Part shown: one piece after another, positions 18,828-29,005 of the stretch
How the letters are laid out: the number at the start of each line of letters is the position of its first letter
Numbering within the stretch: the first letter of the stretch is position 1
NCBI GenBank assembly: GCA_977017575.1
Contig: CDRNVI010000033.1
Location: 62,001-126,000 of the forward strand
DNA: 64,000 nucleotides
Source of the DNA: Paramoeba atlantica
Taxonomy: Eukaryota > Protista > Discosea
Direction of reading: 5' to 3'
The notes under the pieces: model-generated
Database searches by the model: none
What the model was told of the DNA's origin: nothing
Seen by the model: only the letters and a program-made list of their open reading frames with translations
Position numbers and translations under genes: made by a program

Positions 18828-20822
18828 ATGTATTATCCGGAACGTCACTCACATCTAGCGATCTTTTCCAAGTTTACAATGAAAAGTATATGCAATATAG
18901 TCGGCGTAGCAAGTCCGCATATCGCACGCGCTTCTACAAAGGCAAACGCAGAGTTGACATCTAAAGAGATTACTTACAATCCTGAAAATTTGTACCTTGA
19001 AAATCCTCTTTTGCTTCCCCGATTACCCATACCGAACGTGACCCACACACTCCAGAGGTACGCCGACACACTTTCCCCACTGAAGTCTGACGTAGAGGTT
19101 CGAGCGCACATGGAAAAGCTGCGTTGCTTCCAGGACGGCTCCGCACAGAAATTGAACCGCATGTTACGACAACAGGATAACAAATTCGCCCAGTCGGGAA
19201 AGTACCCGTTCAACTACGTAGAGCGCATGTGGGACGACGGCTACTTGGCGTTTCGTGGCCCCAGCCCGATCAACATTTCCCCGGCCGTCACGTTGCGTTC
19301 GATTCCTCGAATCGAGAGCAGTCAGTGTGGGGTGGCGGCCGAGTACGTCCACGCCTGTCTCCGGTGGTACGCCAAGTTTGTCGCAGGCGAGTTGGATATT
19401 GTCCCCTCAAAAGAAGGAGGAGTGGTGCTGGATTTATCTCAAATGTCTTCTCAGTTTGGGTGTTGTCGTGTCCCAGAAGCGGGTATGGACCAAAGGAAAG
19501 CGACGCTGCGACCGCGTCATATTGTTGTGCTCCATCGCGGACATGTGTTCGAGGTATCAATTGGCGAGGAGAATGGGAGTTTCTACAGTCCCCGGGCTCT
19601 AGAACGTAGTTTCACTCAAATTCTGGCGAAAACTACGGAAGAAAATTCTTGCCCCGTTGGGGTTTTATCGACCGGGGGCAGGACAGACTATGCTGGTTAT
19701 ATTAAGGAAGTGTGCAATGCCTCTCCAAAGAATGGCGAGCTTCTTGAACGTGTCCAAACGGCTTTTATGACTGTTTGCTTGGATGTATGCACGGCCGCGG
19801 ATCACGAGGCCAAACTTCAAGCTGTACTACACGGTATTGGGAGTGACCGCAACAATCGGTGGTTCGACAAACATCAGCTAATAGTTAGCAAAGATGGATG
19901 TGTGGGTTTTAATTTGGAATATGCTTTTAGCGATGGTATTACATGGGCACGTTGGATGGGTGAGGTGTGGCACCATCTAAATGGCACCACCCATCTTACC
20001 CCCTACACGCCTCTTCCAGCACTCGATATTAGCAAGGTCGATCATGCACCCTACCACTCTCTGAATTTTCAAGTTCCAACCGCGATGCAAGGCGTATTTA
20101 ACTCGGCAAAGCAATCTTGGAAAAGTGCTGCAAAGAATCTTTATCAAGGTATAGTGGTTGCAGATTTCGGACGCTCTCGCTTGAAAAAGTACAAATTATC
20201 CCCTGATGCGTTCATTCAAATGGCTTTTCATCTCGCGTTTTATCGTCTTAGTGGACGCATGGCCCCTACTCAGGAGTATGTGAGCACGGCGTCTTTTTTT
20301 CATGGTAGAACTGAGACGCTAAGGAGTGCCACGAACGAAATGGCCCAATTTGTACGCTGCAAAGGGTTAGAAGAGCCGACTGAGACATCATCTCAGCTTT
20401 TAGAGGTTGCCAACAAGTGTGCATACGAAGCTGCGGGAAGACACTCTTCTCTTGTGAAACTGGCGTCACAAGGACAGGGTGTGGATCGACATCTTCAGGT
20501 ACTCAAAGCCCTGGCTGCATCTGAGGGACAAGTATTTGCAGATGCCAATGATTTCTTTAACGATCCACTATACGGATATTCGGGGAGCTGGCAGATGTCT
20601 ACCGCGAACGCTGGGCTCTCCCCCTTTGCAGAGTCTTACTGTTTTGGCCCCGTCCTGGAAAACGGATACGGACTAGGATACGTAATACATGAGGACCGGG
20701 TTGCATGCTCTGTTTCGTCATTTTTAAGTGGACGAAAGTCATCAGGAACGCGTATGCGTGATGCGCTTCAGCAAGCTATGAGAGATATATCTGTAGTCCT
20801 GGGTAGTCAAAAATTGGTCTAA
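18828..20822 (+). CDS. choline/carnitine O-acyltransferase family protein (catalytic His appears replaced by Tyr)
   Basis: LPRLPIP, NRWFDK, SPDAFIQMAFHLA, GRTETLRS, GQGVDRHL, FGPVLENGYGLGY; EH motif reads EY. Confidence 0.9.
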   Translation: MYYPERHSHLAIFSKFTMKSICNIVGVASPHIARASTKANAELTSKEITYNPENLYLENPLLLPRLPIPNVTHTLQRYADTLSPLKSDVEVRAHMEKLRCFQDGSAQKLNRMLRQQDNKFAQSGKYPFNYVERMWDDGYLAFRGPSPINISPAVTLRSIPRIESSQCGVAAEYVHACLRWYAKFVAGELDIVPSKEGGVVLDLSQMSSQFGCCRVPEAGMDQRKATLRPRHIVVLHRGHVFEVSIGEENGSFYSPRALERSFTQILAKTTEENSCPVGVLSTGGRTDYAGYIKEVCNASPKNGELLERVQTAFMTVCLDVCTAADHEAKLQAVLHGIGSDRNNRWFDKHQLIVSKDGCVGFNLEYAFSDGITWARWMGEVWHHLNGTTHLTPYTPLPALDISKVDHAPYHSLNFQVPTAMQGVFNSAKQSWKSAAKNLYQGIVVADFGRSRLKKYKLSPDAFIQMAFHLAFYRLSGRMAPTQEYVSTASFFHGRTETLRSATNEMAQFVRCKGLEEPTETSSQLLEVANKCAYEAAGRHSSLVKLASQGQGVDRHLQVLKALAASEGQVFADANDFFNDPLYGYSGSWQMSTANAGLSPFAESYCFGPVLENGYGLGYVIHEDRVACSVSSFLSGRKSSGTRMRDALQQAMRDISVVLGSQKLV

Positions 20823-21151
20823 TCTAAATCTAGAAACAACAGGAATGCGAAAATCTTGTAAGAACATTTCTTATATTCAAAGCATGGAATCCTTGTTTGT
20901 AGGAATCCTTGTTTGTTGTGTTTCCAGCAATAAAAGTGACGCTTAGCTCTTTTTTGGCCTTTTTATACCCATTCCGAAATAATGGAGTAGCGTTCCAAAA
21001 TTAAAATGTGGGATTAGTCATTTCTGATTTAATGACAGGCATCTTTTTCAAGGGAAAACCTTGTTTTGGCAAGTGTATTCATCAGACTTGCTTAAAAAGA
21101 ACGTTTGGCGTATTTCATCCATTGTTTTCCGTAGCGCGCTTTACGGTTGCA

Positions 21152-23158
21152 ATGTCTTCACAGGCTTTGGAAACATTGAAGCAGTCGTCCCCAACAAGTG
21201 CTCCACTAAAACATTTCGAAGACCTTGAAAAACTTAGGAGAAACATATTAGAAACTGTATCAGCCGGACAAGTAAGCCAAAATAATCGTTCGTATAGAGT
21301 TGGTGGTCGCGTATTAAGTAGAAGGCATATGGGAAAATTGTTATTTCTTACAATTGGACATGATAGTGGGAAAGTTCAGCTTGTTCTTGGAAAGCCTTCG
21401 AATGCCGAAGAAAATAGGTTGCTACAGGGGTCAATGCGAGAAATGGTAGATGCTTTTGTGTTTGCAAAAGATAATGTGCGTTTGCGAGACATAATTGAAG
21501 CCGAGGGCCACATAGGACGCACGGAAAAAGGAGAGCCAACTCTTTTTACAGTTTCAATCCGAATATTAGCTCCTTACCAGTGCGTTGATCTGATGCCACG
21601 TACGCAAGCATCTTTGACTCAGGAGCTCCGCTATCGATATCGATTTCTCGATTTGGTGGCAAATGAGAAAAGTATGGACAAGTTTCGAACGAGATACTCA
21701 TTATTGCGTTTTCTACGCTCGCATCTTGAGGCTCACGGCTTCGTAGAGGTAGAGACGCCCGTGTCTCACCCTACATCAGTCACAGATTCAGCTCTAAGTG
21801 TTTATAGTTCTGCACCACGGAGAGATAAGACTTTCGATACATATTTAAAACAGTTAATAGTCGCGGGTATGCCCAAAGTATTCGAAATTGTTCGCGTTTT
21901 TAAAAACAGTAACGCTGATTCTGAGAATACGCTCTCCTGTAAGTCGACTACCTGTGAATTATGTTTGGCGTATGGAAATTGCTACGGCGATCTTATTGGC
22001 TTCACCGAGTCCATGATTCTATATTTAGCGAGTTCTTCCACGGGAGAAAATACACTTACTTTAGACGCAACAGCAGATATGGTTCATAAATCAAGACCAA
22101 TATCCCCATACTCAGGCAAGGATTCTGAGGTTGAAGAGCCTAACGAATCGACATATGAACCTCCAAACCATAATAAAGGATGTAAAAGCCTACTGTATTC
22201 TACTGTGGAGCGTATCGATTCAAACACATCGAACCAAAACTCCAATCAGAAAATAATTGACTTTGCAGCTCCCTATGCTCGTTGTACTGTGCGATCCGCC
22301 TTGGAAAAGCATTTCGGAATTCAGTTTCCCAGCTACAATGCACTAGAAACTCCTGAGGGCATACTTTTCATGCAAGAAATACTGAGAAATGAGATACCTA
22401 ACACCACGGAGGAATTGACGACACCTAGACTTCTAGTAGAAAAAATGTTGCACACATTTATTGTACCGAATCTAATACATCCGACATTTCTGACAGAATA
22501 CCCTATTTGGATGTTTCCATTTGCTCAGAAGACTTCGAAGAGTTCCTGGAGCGAAGCAACCCAGTCCCACGAAACTCTTGAATACTTTACATTGTTTATC
22601 AATGGGGTAGAAATCTGTAGTGCGAATGCCGAAATTTCTGATTTAAAAGATCTAGAAGACAGAAATTCTTTATATGCAGCGCAAAATGAGGGAAAGGATT
22701 CGTTGATATTCGCGCTTGACCCAAAATATAAGACTCTCCTGCGCTGTGGAATGCCTCCGACAGTGAGCTGGAGACTTGACATTGATCGTCTAGTTATGTT
22801 ATTAACTAAGAGCAGTGATATCCGAGATGTCATACTTTTCCCCCCGTCTCGTCAAGACTACGTCAATCGCAGAGTGTCGAAAACCCGGAACGACTACTGT
22901 GCAACTAAAGAAAATATTCGAAAATCGTTGACAACGAAGTACGTGAGGTGGAAGAAAGCATTGGATACTATTTTGACACGCGGAGCAGCAATTTTTCTTA
23001 AGAAAATATTACTTTGTCGAAAGAAAAGAGAGAAAAAGATAAAAACCAGAAAATTATCGCAGGCCCTTACCACAGGACATTCCAAAAACGTCAGTAATCA
23101 ATCGGCGAACACCCATTTATCTAAAACCCACTGCGGCAGCAAGAGACACACGAAATAG
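21152..23158 (+). CDS. class II lysyl-tRNA synthetase-like protein, divergent
   Basis: OB-fold (GRVLSRRHMGKLLF), RYRYRFLDL, FVEVETP, GMPPT...IDRLVMLLT...IRDVILFP; motifs 2 and 3 altered; upstream in-frame starts possible. Confidence 0.85.
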   Translation: MSSQALETLKQSSPTSAPLKHFEDLEKLRRNILETVSAGQVSQNNRSYRVGGRVLSRRHMGKLLFLTIGHDSGKVQLVLGKPSNAEENRLLQGSMREMVDAFVFAKDNVRLRDIIEAEGHIGRTEKGEPTLFTVSIRILAPYQCVDLMPRTQASLTQELRYRYRFLDLVANEKSMDKFRTRYSLLRFLRSHLEAHGFVEVETPVSHPTSVTDSALSVYSSAPRRDKTFDTYLKQLIVAGMPKVFEIVRVFKNSNADSENTLSCKSTTCELCLAYGNCYGDLIGFTESMILYLASSSTGENTLTLDATADMVHKSRPISPYSGKDSEVEEPNESTYEPPNHNKGCKSLLYSTVERIDSNTSNQNSNQKIIDFAAPYARCTVRSALEKHFGIQFPSYNALETPEGILFMQEILRNEIPNTTEELTTPRLLVEKMLHTFIVPNLIHPTFLTEYPIWMFPFAQKTSKSSWSEATQSHETLEYFTLFINGVEICSANAEISDLKDLEDRNSLYAAQNEGKDSLIFALDPKYKTLLRCGMPPTVSWRLDIDRLVMLLTKSSDIRDVILFPPSRQDYVNRRVSKTRNDYCATKENIRKSLTTKYVRWKKALDTILTRGAAIFLKKILLCRKKREKKIKTRKLSQALTTGHSKNVSNQSANTHLSKTHCGSKRHTK

Positions 23159-23499
23159 GTGGGATTTAGAAAAACTCTAAAGGATTTAGAAAATCCCCTC
23201 ACTTGTCCTAACACGTGACATATCCACTTTTGAGAAATTGAGGGCGGATATGTCACGTGGTAGTCCCCTGCCCTTGGCCATTCTTGAAGATTCGCGAGAT
23301 AACACATGCGAAGAAAATACGATAGTCAGAGGAAAAGGATAAACCTTACTTTGGTATACTTCAAGGAGTGTAGCCAAGAAAACTGACTGTTTCCTTATAG
23401 TTCGTTTGTGTCACCTTCAGGTTTTGCGCCCCTATCGGGGCCGACGTTAAACCGTTTTCAGACCACCGGGGCCCCCTTTTATATTTTTTTCTTTTATTA

Positions 23500-24840
23500 T
23501 ACTGTCACCCCCCCTTTATACTGCGGGGGGGGGTGAACCCCCCCTTTATACTTCCGTTTTCATTCAGAAGAAAAAATGAGTGTCTAGATGAGTTTCCGCT
23601 AGTATTCATTTGAAGGTACACACTTCGTTTTTATGCATCAGTAAATTGTGTTTTTCGCCTAAAAAATCTTACCTCGAAATTGCAAAAAAACTGTTCACAT
23701 GTTTTTCTTTACTTGCATACGATCACACTTTTGTTACAAAGCCGACTGAGTCGGAAGCTCTATGGCAACATATACCTATATCTTTCTGCTAAAAGAAAGA
23801 ATTGCTAGTTTTATCTATCTCTATATGAACAGGGATCTCTCAAGAAAAGATATTTTATCGAGGGTTTCAATCTCATATACACCCATGGACAGAAGTGTGC
23901 CCCAGGCCTGGCAAATGTCAATTTTTTTTATCCATTTTTGCTCATTTCTGCAGCTTTCGAGAGATCTAGTTCCCCTAGCGAAGAGCTTTGCCGCCTATTT
24001 TTCATAGCGACCCACTGGTGCTCTGGTGGTGACCCCAAAGTAGACCAAAAACAAAAAATGGTACATTAGACATCTAGAAAAAACATCACCCTTTCAATGA
24101 TAAAATGAGAAAAAAGGAAATAGTATCAATATCCGCAATGCTCCCCATTGGTCTGAATAACTATTTGCAGACGTTTGGGAACAGACTTGATGGAATTCAA
24201 CACTTTCTGTTTATGTGGGGCGCGTTTTAGAGCATTAAACGCCTTTTCTGTGGCCTTTGTCAGGGTTACATAGTTATGTGGCTTAAACTACAAAGTTGTG
24301 TAGATTTATGCTGTTTGACTATCTCTGTTCGCTCCGAAACAAACAAAGCGATGTTTCATTTGTGACTTATACGAGGCGGGGTCCTCATGAAGAAACAACA
24401 GGGAGAAAAAAGGATGATATACTAGAAAATTTGACGGTGTTCCAAAACAAATGGGCAAAAAAACATGTCTTTTGGGCACAGGGGGCACAGGGGATTCCCT
24501 ATCAAGCAAAGGCGGCAAAGTTCTTCGCTAGGGGAACTAGATCTCTCGAATGCTGCAAAAATGAGCAAAAACGGATACAAAAATTGACATTTGCCAGGCC
24601 GGGGACACACTTCTGTCCATGGGTGTATATAGATAGTTTCAATCTCATACATGTATATATACACGCTATTCCTCAGCATATAGGGGTACAAACCGGCCTT
24701 AGAACACCAAAAAACAAACCGCTGTTTCGCGGTGTTTCACAAATCTAACACGCAGCCCCTTAATTGTTTCGCGGATTTTTCAAAAAATCAGACCCCCCCT
24801 TTATACTTCCGAAAGTCAGGTTCCCCCCTTTATACCTTAT
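23500..24840. repeat. direct C7-TTTATAC motifs bracketing the family D pair
   Basis: CCCCCCCTTTATACTTCCG identical at 23538-23556 and 24793-24811; shorter copies near 23508 and 24823. Confidence 0.75.
23875..24630. repeat. long inverted repeat pair (family D): arms 23875-23996 and 24510-24630
   Basis: Arms are reverse complements with 7 substitutions and 1 indel; partial copies at 52141-52183 and 63909-63941. Confidence 0.9.
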
Positions 24841-25053
24841 ACTAAACAACTATTCAGGATTTCTGTTGAACACTTTCCATTTTGTATCATTATACGAAGC
24901 AATTATTTTATACGATATTTTATACGAAGCAACATGGAATGAACGTTAAAGAATTTGTTGAATAACTATGAAATTCCGTGTGCATCAAGCGTATGATTAA
25001 GACCCAAGCTTTTGATTAGCATCCATAGCGCAGTAAGACGAAGGGTCCTGGAC

Positions 25054-26787
25054 ATGGTGGCATCCAAGGTAGCAAAGCCAAAACCTAAGCATTGTCAGGC
25101 TGGTCAAAAGACCCTATCCAAGGAATCCTTAAAAACGATCTCTCCTCTATCCGGGATTCCGCCTTCACTTTCTTTCGCAGAGTATGCAGCCTCCGTTCTG
25201 GAACCTTCCACTTCCAATTCTTACCGTTTTCTGGTTTCTTTGTGCGCCAGCTTATATTTATTTCGCTCTTCGCCCGTTCGACTCCGTCGTGTGCTCTCAA
25301 AGTATGCTCTCAGATTTCTACAAGAAACAGAATGTACACATCACAGACTATGTAAGTTGGTATCAATTAAGCATGCTAGCTCGAATAGTTCAAGGAAAAC
25401 CTCCTTGTTTGTGCGAGATCACATTCTATCTGTGCTTCAAGCCTGTATCGATCAATATTTTTCACAAAACTGGAAACATGTACAAGACCTTGAAGAAGCC
25501 AACTGCAGAATGAAGCGACTTCTACAAAAGAGACACACGTCCTCATTCTGTAATACTGACAACTCGAACAGAAATATCAACGACTGTTCTTTGTTCTCAC
25601 TACTTGCATACTCGAAATCGGATGCGGTGCAAAAGCATTCTCAGTGTAAATATCCCATGTTTTTGTATTTTTATTCATTGCTTTCTCCTTGGAGTGTACA
25701 CCTTCTTGAATCTGATATTCGGCAACTCGCAGAAGTACATGGCAAGAACGTCGTTGCAATTGATGGCGCCCGATCACCTTTACTCCTGCTCAGGTTTGGC
25801 ATCACAACCGTCCCAACGCTACTTTTTATTGAAAATTTCGAAGTAGTCCACGTTTTTCCTTCCAAGCATTGGAACGTAATGGAAATAACAAAATGGGCGA
25901 CAAGCCCCAAAAATGTTCGTCATTTTTCTGACTGCGTTGCACAGAATAAATTTTGGAAATTTCCGACCGTGCCCGTTCATCTAAAGTACGCCTCGATTCG
26001 AGAGATTTGTTCCCCTCTTGACAATCTACAAAAGCACATACTATCTGCGGCAAGCAGAGATGATCCTCCGCTTGCAATATTTTTAGGGGGTGGTATCGCT
26101 AGCGGTAAGAGCACGGCGGTATCTGCCTTGCTGCGCTCTCCAGCGTGGCTTAACTCCTGCAGACAAGCTGTGGTCATAGAGGCAGACGCTCTCAAATCGT
26201 CCTGTGGATCCTACGATGAGGTATCACGACACGAAGCAAGCGTTACACGGGCCGCACATCTTTTTGCTAACGCTGTTGCGAAACGTCAAAGTTTTATTTT
26301 TGATGGCACTATGCAATGGAAACCGTTTGTAGAAGATTGTGTGCGCATCGTTCGTGACGATCATTCTTCCTACGTGATGCAAGCCGATCTGGAAAGCGAT
26401 CACTACTTTGTTAAGACGGGCGATACAAAAGTTAAGTCAGAGCCGTATAAATTAATTTTGTTCGCTGTTACGGTAGATCCAATTCAAGCTGTCCAGAGAT
26501 CTATTTTACGAAACCTTACCAAAGGGCGGGGAGTGCCTATACCAGCTCTATTGCTTTCTCATAAGAGATTTTCTCAAAATTTCTTATCTTACGTTCCCTT
26601 GTTTGATGAAGTCACCTTATTTGATAATAACATGAAACGGTGTTACGACGAAAATAATGAATACAACGCCATATATAGCAAGTGTGTACAAGACTATCAA
26701 CCGACAATTATAAACGAGGTGTCATTTCAGAATTTTTTAAAGCACAGTTCCCTAAATGAGGAAGCCGAAGATGCAGCAAGTCTTTAA
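25054..26787 (+). CDS. thioredoxin-like fold fused to zeta-toxin-family P-loop kinase (plant NADKc-like)
   Basis: GGGIASGKST, VVIEADALK, FIFDGTM, SHKRFS; upstream FYSxxSPWS...FGITTVPTLLF resembles a thioredoxin fold. Confidence 0.78.
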   Translation: MVASKVAKPKPKHCQAGQKTLSKESLKTISPLSGIPPSLSFAEYAASVLEPSTSNSYRFLVSLCASLYLFRSSPVRLRRVLSKYALRFLQETECTHHRLCKLVSIKHASSNSSRKTSLFVRDHILSVLQACIDQYFSQNWKHVQDLEEANCRMKRLLQKRHTSSFCNTDNSNRNINDCSLFSLLAYSKSDAVQKHSQCKYPMFLYFYSLLSPWSVHLLESDIRQLAEVHGKNVVAIDGARSPLLLLRFGITTVPTLLFIENFEVVHVFPSKHWNVMEITKWATSPKNVRHFSDCVAQNKFWKFPTVPVHLKYASIREICSPLDNLQKHILSAASRDDPPLAIFLGGGIASGKSTAVSALLRSPAWLNSCRQAVVIEADALKSSCGSYDEVSRHEASVTRAAHLFANAVAKRQSFIFDGTMQWKPFVEDCVRIVRDDHSSYVMQADLESDHYFVKTGDTKVKSEPYKLILFAVTVDPIQAVQRSILRNLTKGRGVPIPALLLSHKRFSQNFLSYVPLFDEVTLFDNNMKRCYDENNEYNAIYSKCVQDYQPTIINEVSFQNFLKHSSLNEEAEDAASL

Positions 26788-27092
26788 AGTAAAAAAAATT
26801 CGTTAGAAAAACAATGGAGAACTGTAACACTATTTCCTCTAAAATTCCGTCATTCTCCGTGTTCGCCAAATGTTTCGGAAATAACACTTCAGGATGTTTT
26901 TTGATCCACGAAATTGTTGTAATTCTACTAGAGCAACTCGTCCCTTCATTTACCTTTGGTATATTTGGTAACTTTAAGCAATCTACTAATTTTTTAATAC
27001 ATACAACACGTAGTAACAAGAATATCTGATTGGCCAATACTAATCTAATAAGAAGAATATCTGATTGGTCAATACTTTATAAGTGTAATCAA

Positions 27093-27833
27093 ATGAGTCC
27101 TCAACATGTACTGGCAAAGTACTTAGCTGCAGGAGCTCGAAGTACGTCTGCATACTCCATGCGACGTGTGTCTCATCCGTCACGCGTTGTACTCACGAAT
27201 TACCCTTTTCGCACGTATTGCAGTGCTCCTGTACAGAACGAAAATGCTAAGGCTGAACCTAAGCCGAAAGCTCAAGAGCCGAGAAAAGTGGAGCCCCCTC
27301 ATCATGAATCAGTTAAACTGAATGCAGAAACTGAAAAACTTATTGCAGAAAAAGATAAGAGACTCAAAGACCTAAAAGACGAACTTCTCTATGCATTGGC
27401 TGACGCTCAAAATGCTCGAAAAATTGCAGCTGAAGATGTATCGAAAGCAAAAGAATTTGGTATTAAAGAATTTGCAAAGGATATGGTTGAAGTTGTTGAC
27501 TGTCTTGAGAATGCAGTAGGGACGATAGGTAAGCTGAACGTTGAAGACACGGAGCGCTTAAAACATGTTTCTCTTGGCATCTCAATGACCCTTTCCGTAA
27601 TGCTTAAGAACCTTGAACGTCACGGGGTCAATAAAATTAATCTTAAGACCGGAGACGTCTTCGATTACAACTACCATGAAGCCTTGTACAATCATCCAAT
27701 TAAAGCAGAAGAAAAGTTTAAGGATGGCCAAGTTGCTGCTATTGTGAAAACGGGATATATGATTGGAAGCCGTATACTAAGAGCGTCAAAAGTCGGAGTA
27801 GCACAGAAAGCAGAATCTCCGGAAGGGAATTGA
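27093..27833 (+). CDS. MGE1: mitochondrial GrpE nucleotide exchange factor
   Basis: LADAQNARK, FAKDMVEVVDCLE, FDYNYHEAL, VKTGYMIGSRILRASKVGV; basic presequence (alternative start MRR at 27159). Confidence 0.92.
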   Translation: MSPQHVLAKYLAAGARSTSAYSMRRVSHPSRVVLTNYPFRTYCSAPVQNENAKAEPKPKAQEPRKVEPPHHESVKLNAETEKLIAEKDKRLKDLKDELLYALADAQNARKIAAEDVSKAKEFGIKEFAKDMVEVVDCLENAVGTIGKLNVEDTERLKHVSLGISMTLSVMLKNLERHGVNKINLKTGDVFDYNYHEALYNHPIKAEEKFKDGQVAAIVKTGYMIGSRILRASKVGVAQKAESPEGN

Positions 27834-28261
27834 CTTTTTTCACTTCTTAATATTTTTTTTGCTTCTTTGGGATGGGCGACATTCCACTATTTATATGCAC
27901 GATGTATACGATCTAGCAAAATGTTGCTTTCGTTCACGAAGCAAACTTATATGGACAAATTTTGCCTACTCCTTCAAACTTGGCTTATTAATGCATTGCT
28001 TTTTTGCAATTTTTTAAGGAGCGCACATCGGAAATACATGTACACTGTATGCGCACTGCAATTAGTACAAGGTGAGATAGCCTCCTTCTACTCTTTTTTT
28101 GTCGCTCATTGTGTTGTCATATTGTGATATTCACTTCGTTGCACATGTTACGAGCCTTCTCAAGTCAATCGAGTTTTATTCTCATTCTTCTGGTCATTTT
28201 TTTGAGTGTATATCATACGACATACATTGTACATTTTATTACTTGCTGTTTTCAGCTGTGA

Positions 28262-29005
28262 ATGTGTCGATCTATTGAATATCGAGTACTGCGGAAAGAT
28301 GCGGTGAACCACGAGGGAACCTCACAGCTATGTTTTGCAATGATTGAATGTGTAATTAATACTAAAAGGTTTTGGGAGGAAATAACATTGCACAGCGCAA
28401 CCCTGTGGCATCAATTGCTGTATAAATTTCTCTCCGAGGCAAATGCTTTTATTGTGGACATCGTTAATGTAATAGAAGTCCCTGACGAGAATTTCATTCT
28501 CACTAAGGTCGCAGGCGGCAAAATTACAAAACAAGCTCACTTTGATGTTGTTTTACACTGCCTCTCAAACGATAGTCTCAATCGCGCTAGCTCGTGTGTT
28601 TCAGGAAGTTTGGAGGAATTTATTTCTGAATATAACGGCACAGCGCGTATACGCTGTTCAAGTGGTCACTCCGCCGTGATAAATCTTTCCGGGGAATGCT
28701 ACCGACTTGGAGACACAATCACGGCTCAATGGGTTGGTGGTCAACTCATTGCAGTAACGACGCAGATTGAACAGAATCATACTACTGAAGTCATTCCAGT
28801 CTTGTGTTGCGATTGCAAAGAGCAAATTAGCCATAATAGCGAGTCCGGTCATGGACATACAAAGTGTCCCAGTACAGGAAGGGCACATCCCGTTTTGGGA
28901 GAGTTGCGCTTCGTCGCGCAGAATAGGCGATTGCAGTGGAAAAGAACGACGCAAAACGGTATTGTTTGCGTGGATTTATTCTTTACGAATTCTAAAAAGA
29001 GATGA
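28262..29005 (+). CDS. hypothetical protein (weak RPB7/RPA43-like N-terminus; Cys/His-rich C-terminus)
   Basis: 247 aa co-oriented ORF; family resemblance weak. Confidence 0.65.
   Translation: MCRSIEYRVLRKDAVNHEGTSQLCFAMIECVINTKRFWEEITLHSATLWHQLLYKFLSEANAFIVDIVNVIEVPDENFILTKVAGGKITKQAHFDVVLHCLSNDSLNRASSCVSGSLEEFISEYNGTARIRCSSGHSAVINLSGECYRLGDTITAQWVGGQLIAVTTQIEQNHTTEVIPVLCCDCKEQISHNSESGHGHTKCPSTGRAHPVLGELRFVAQNRRLQWKRTTQNGIVCVDLFFTNSKKR

Noticed and set aside
6587-19922. U-to-C RNA editing to restore HRD (TGT) and catalytic His (TAT)
   Set aside because: Only two sites; HCD is a normal variant in active kinases; no precedent for nuclear mRNA editing of this kind here
24296-24748. 150-aa ORF inside the foldback region as a transposase
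   Set aside because: Non-ATG start, overlaps the inverted arm, no DDE or other recognisable motif
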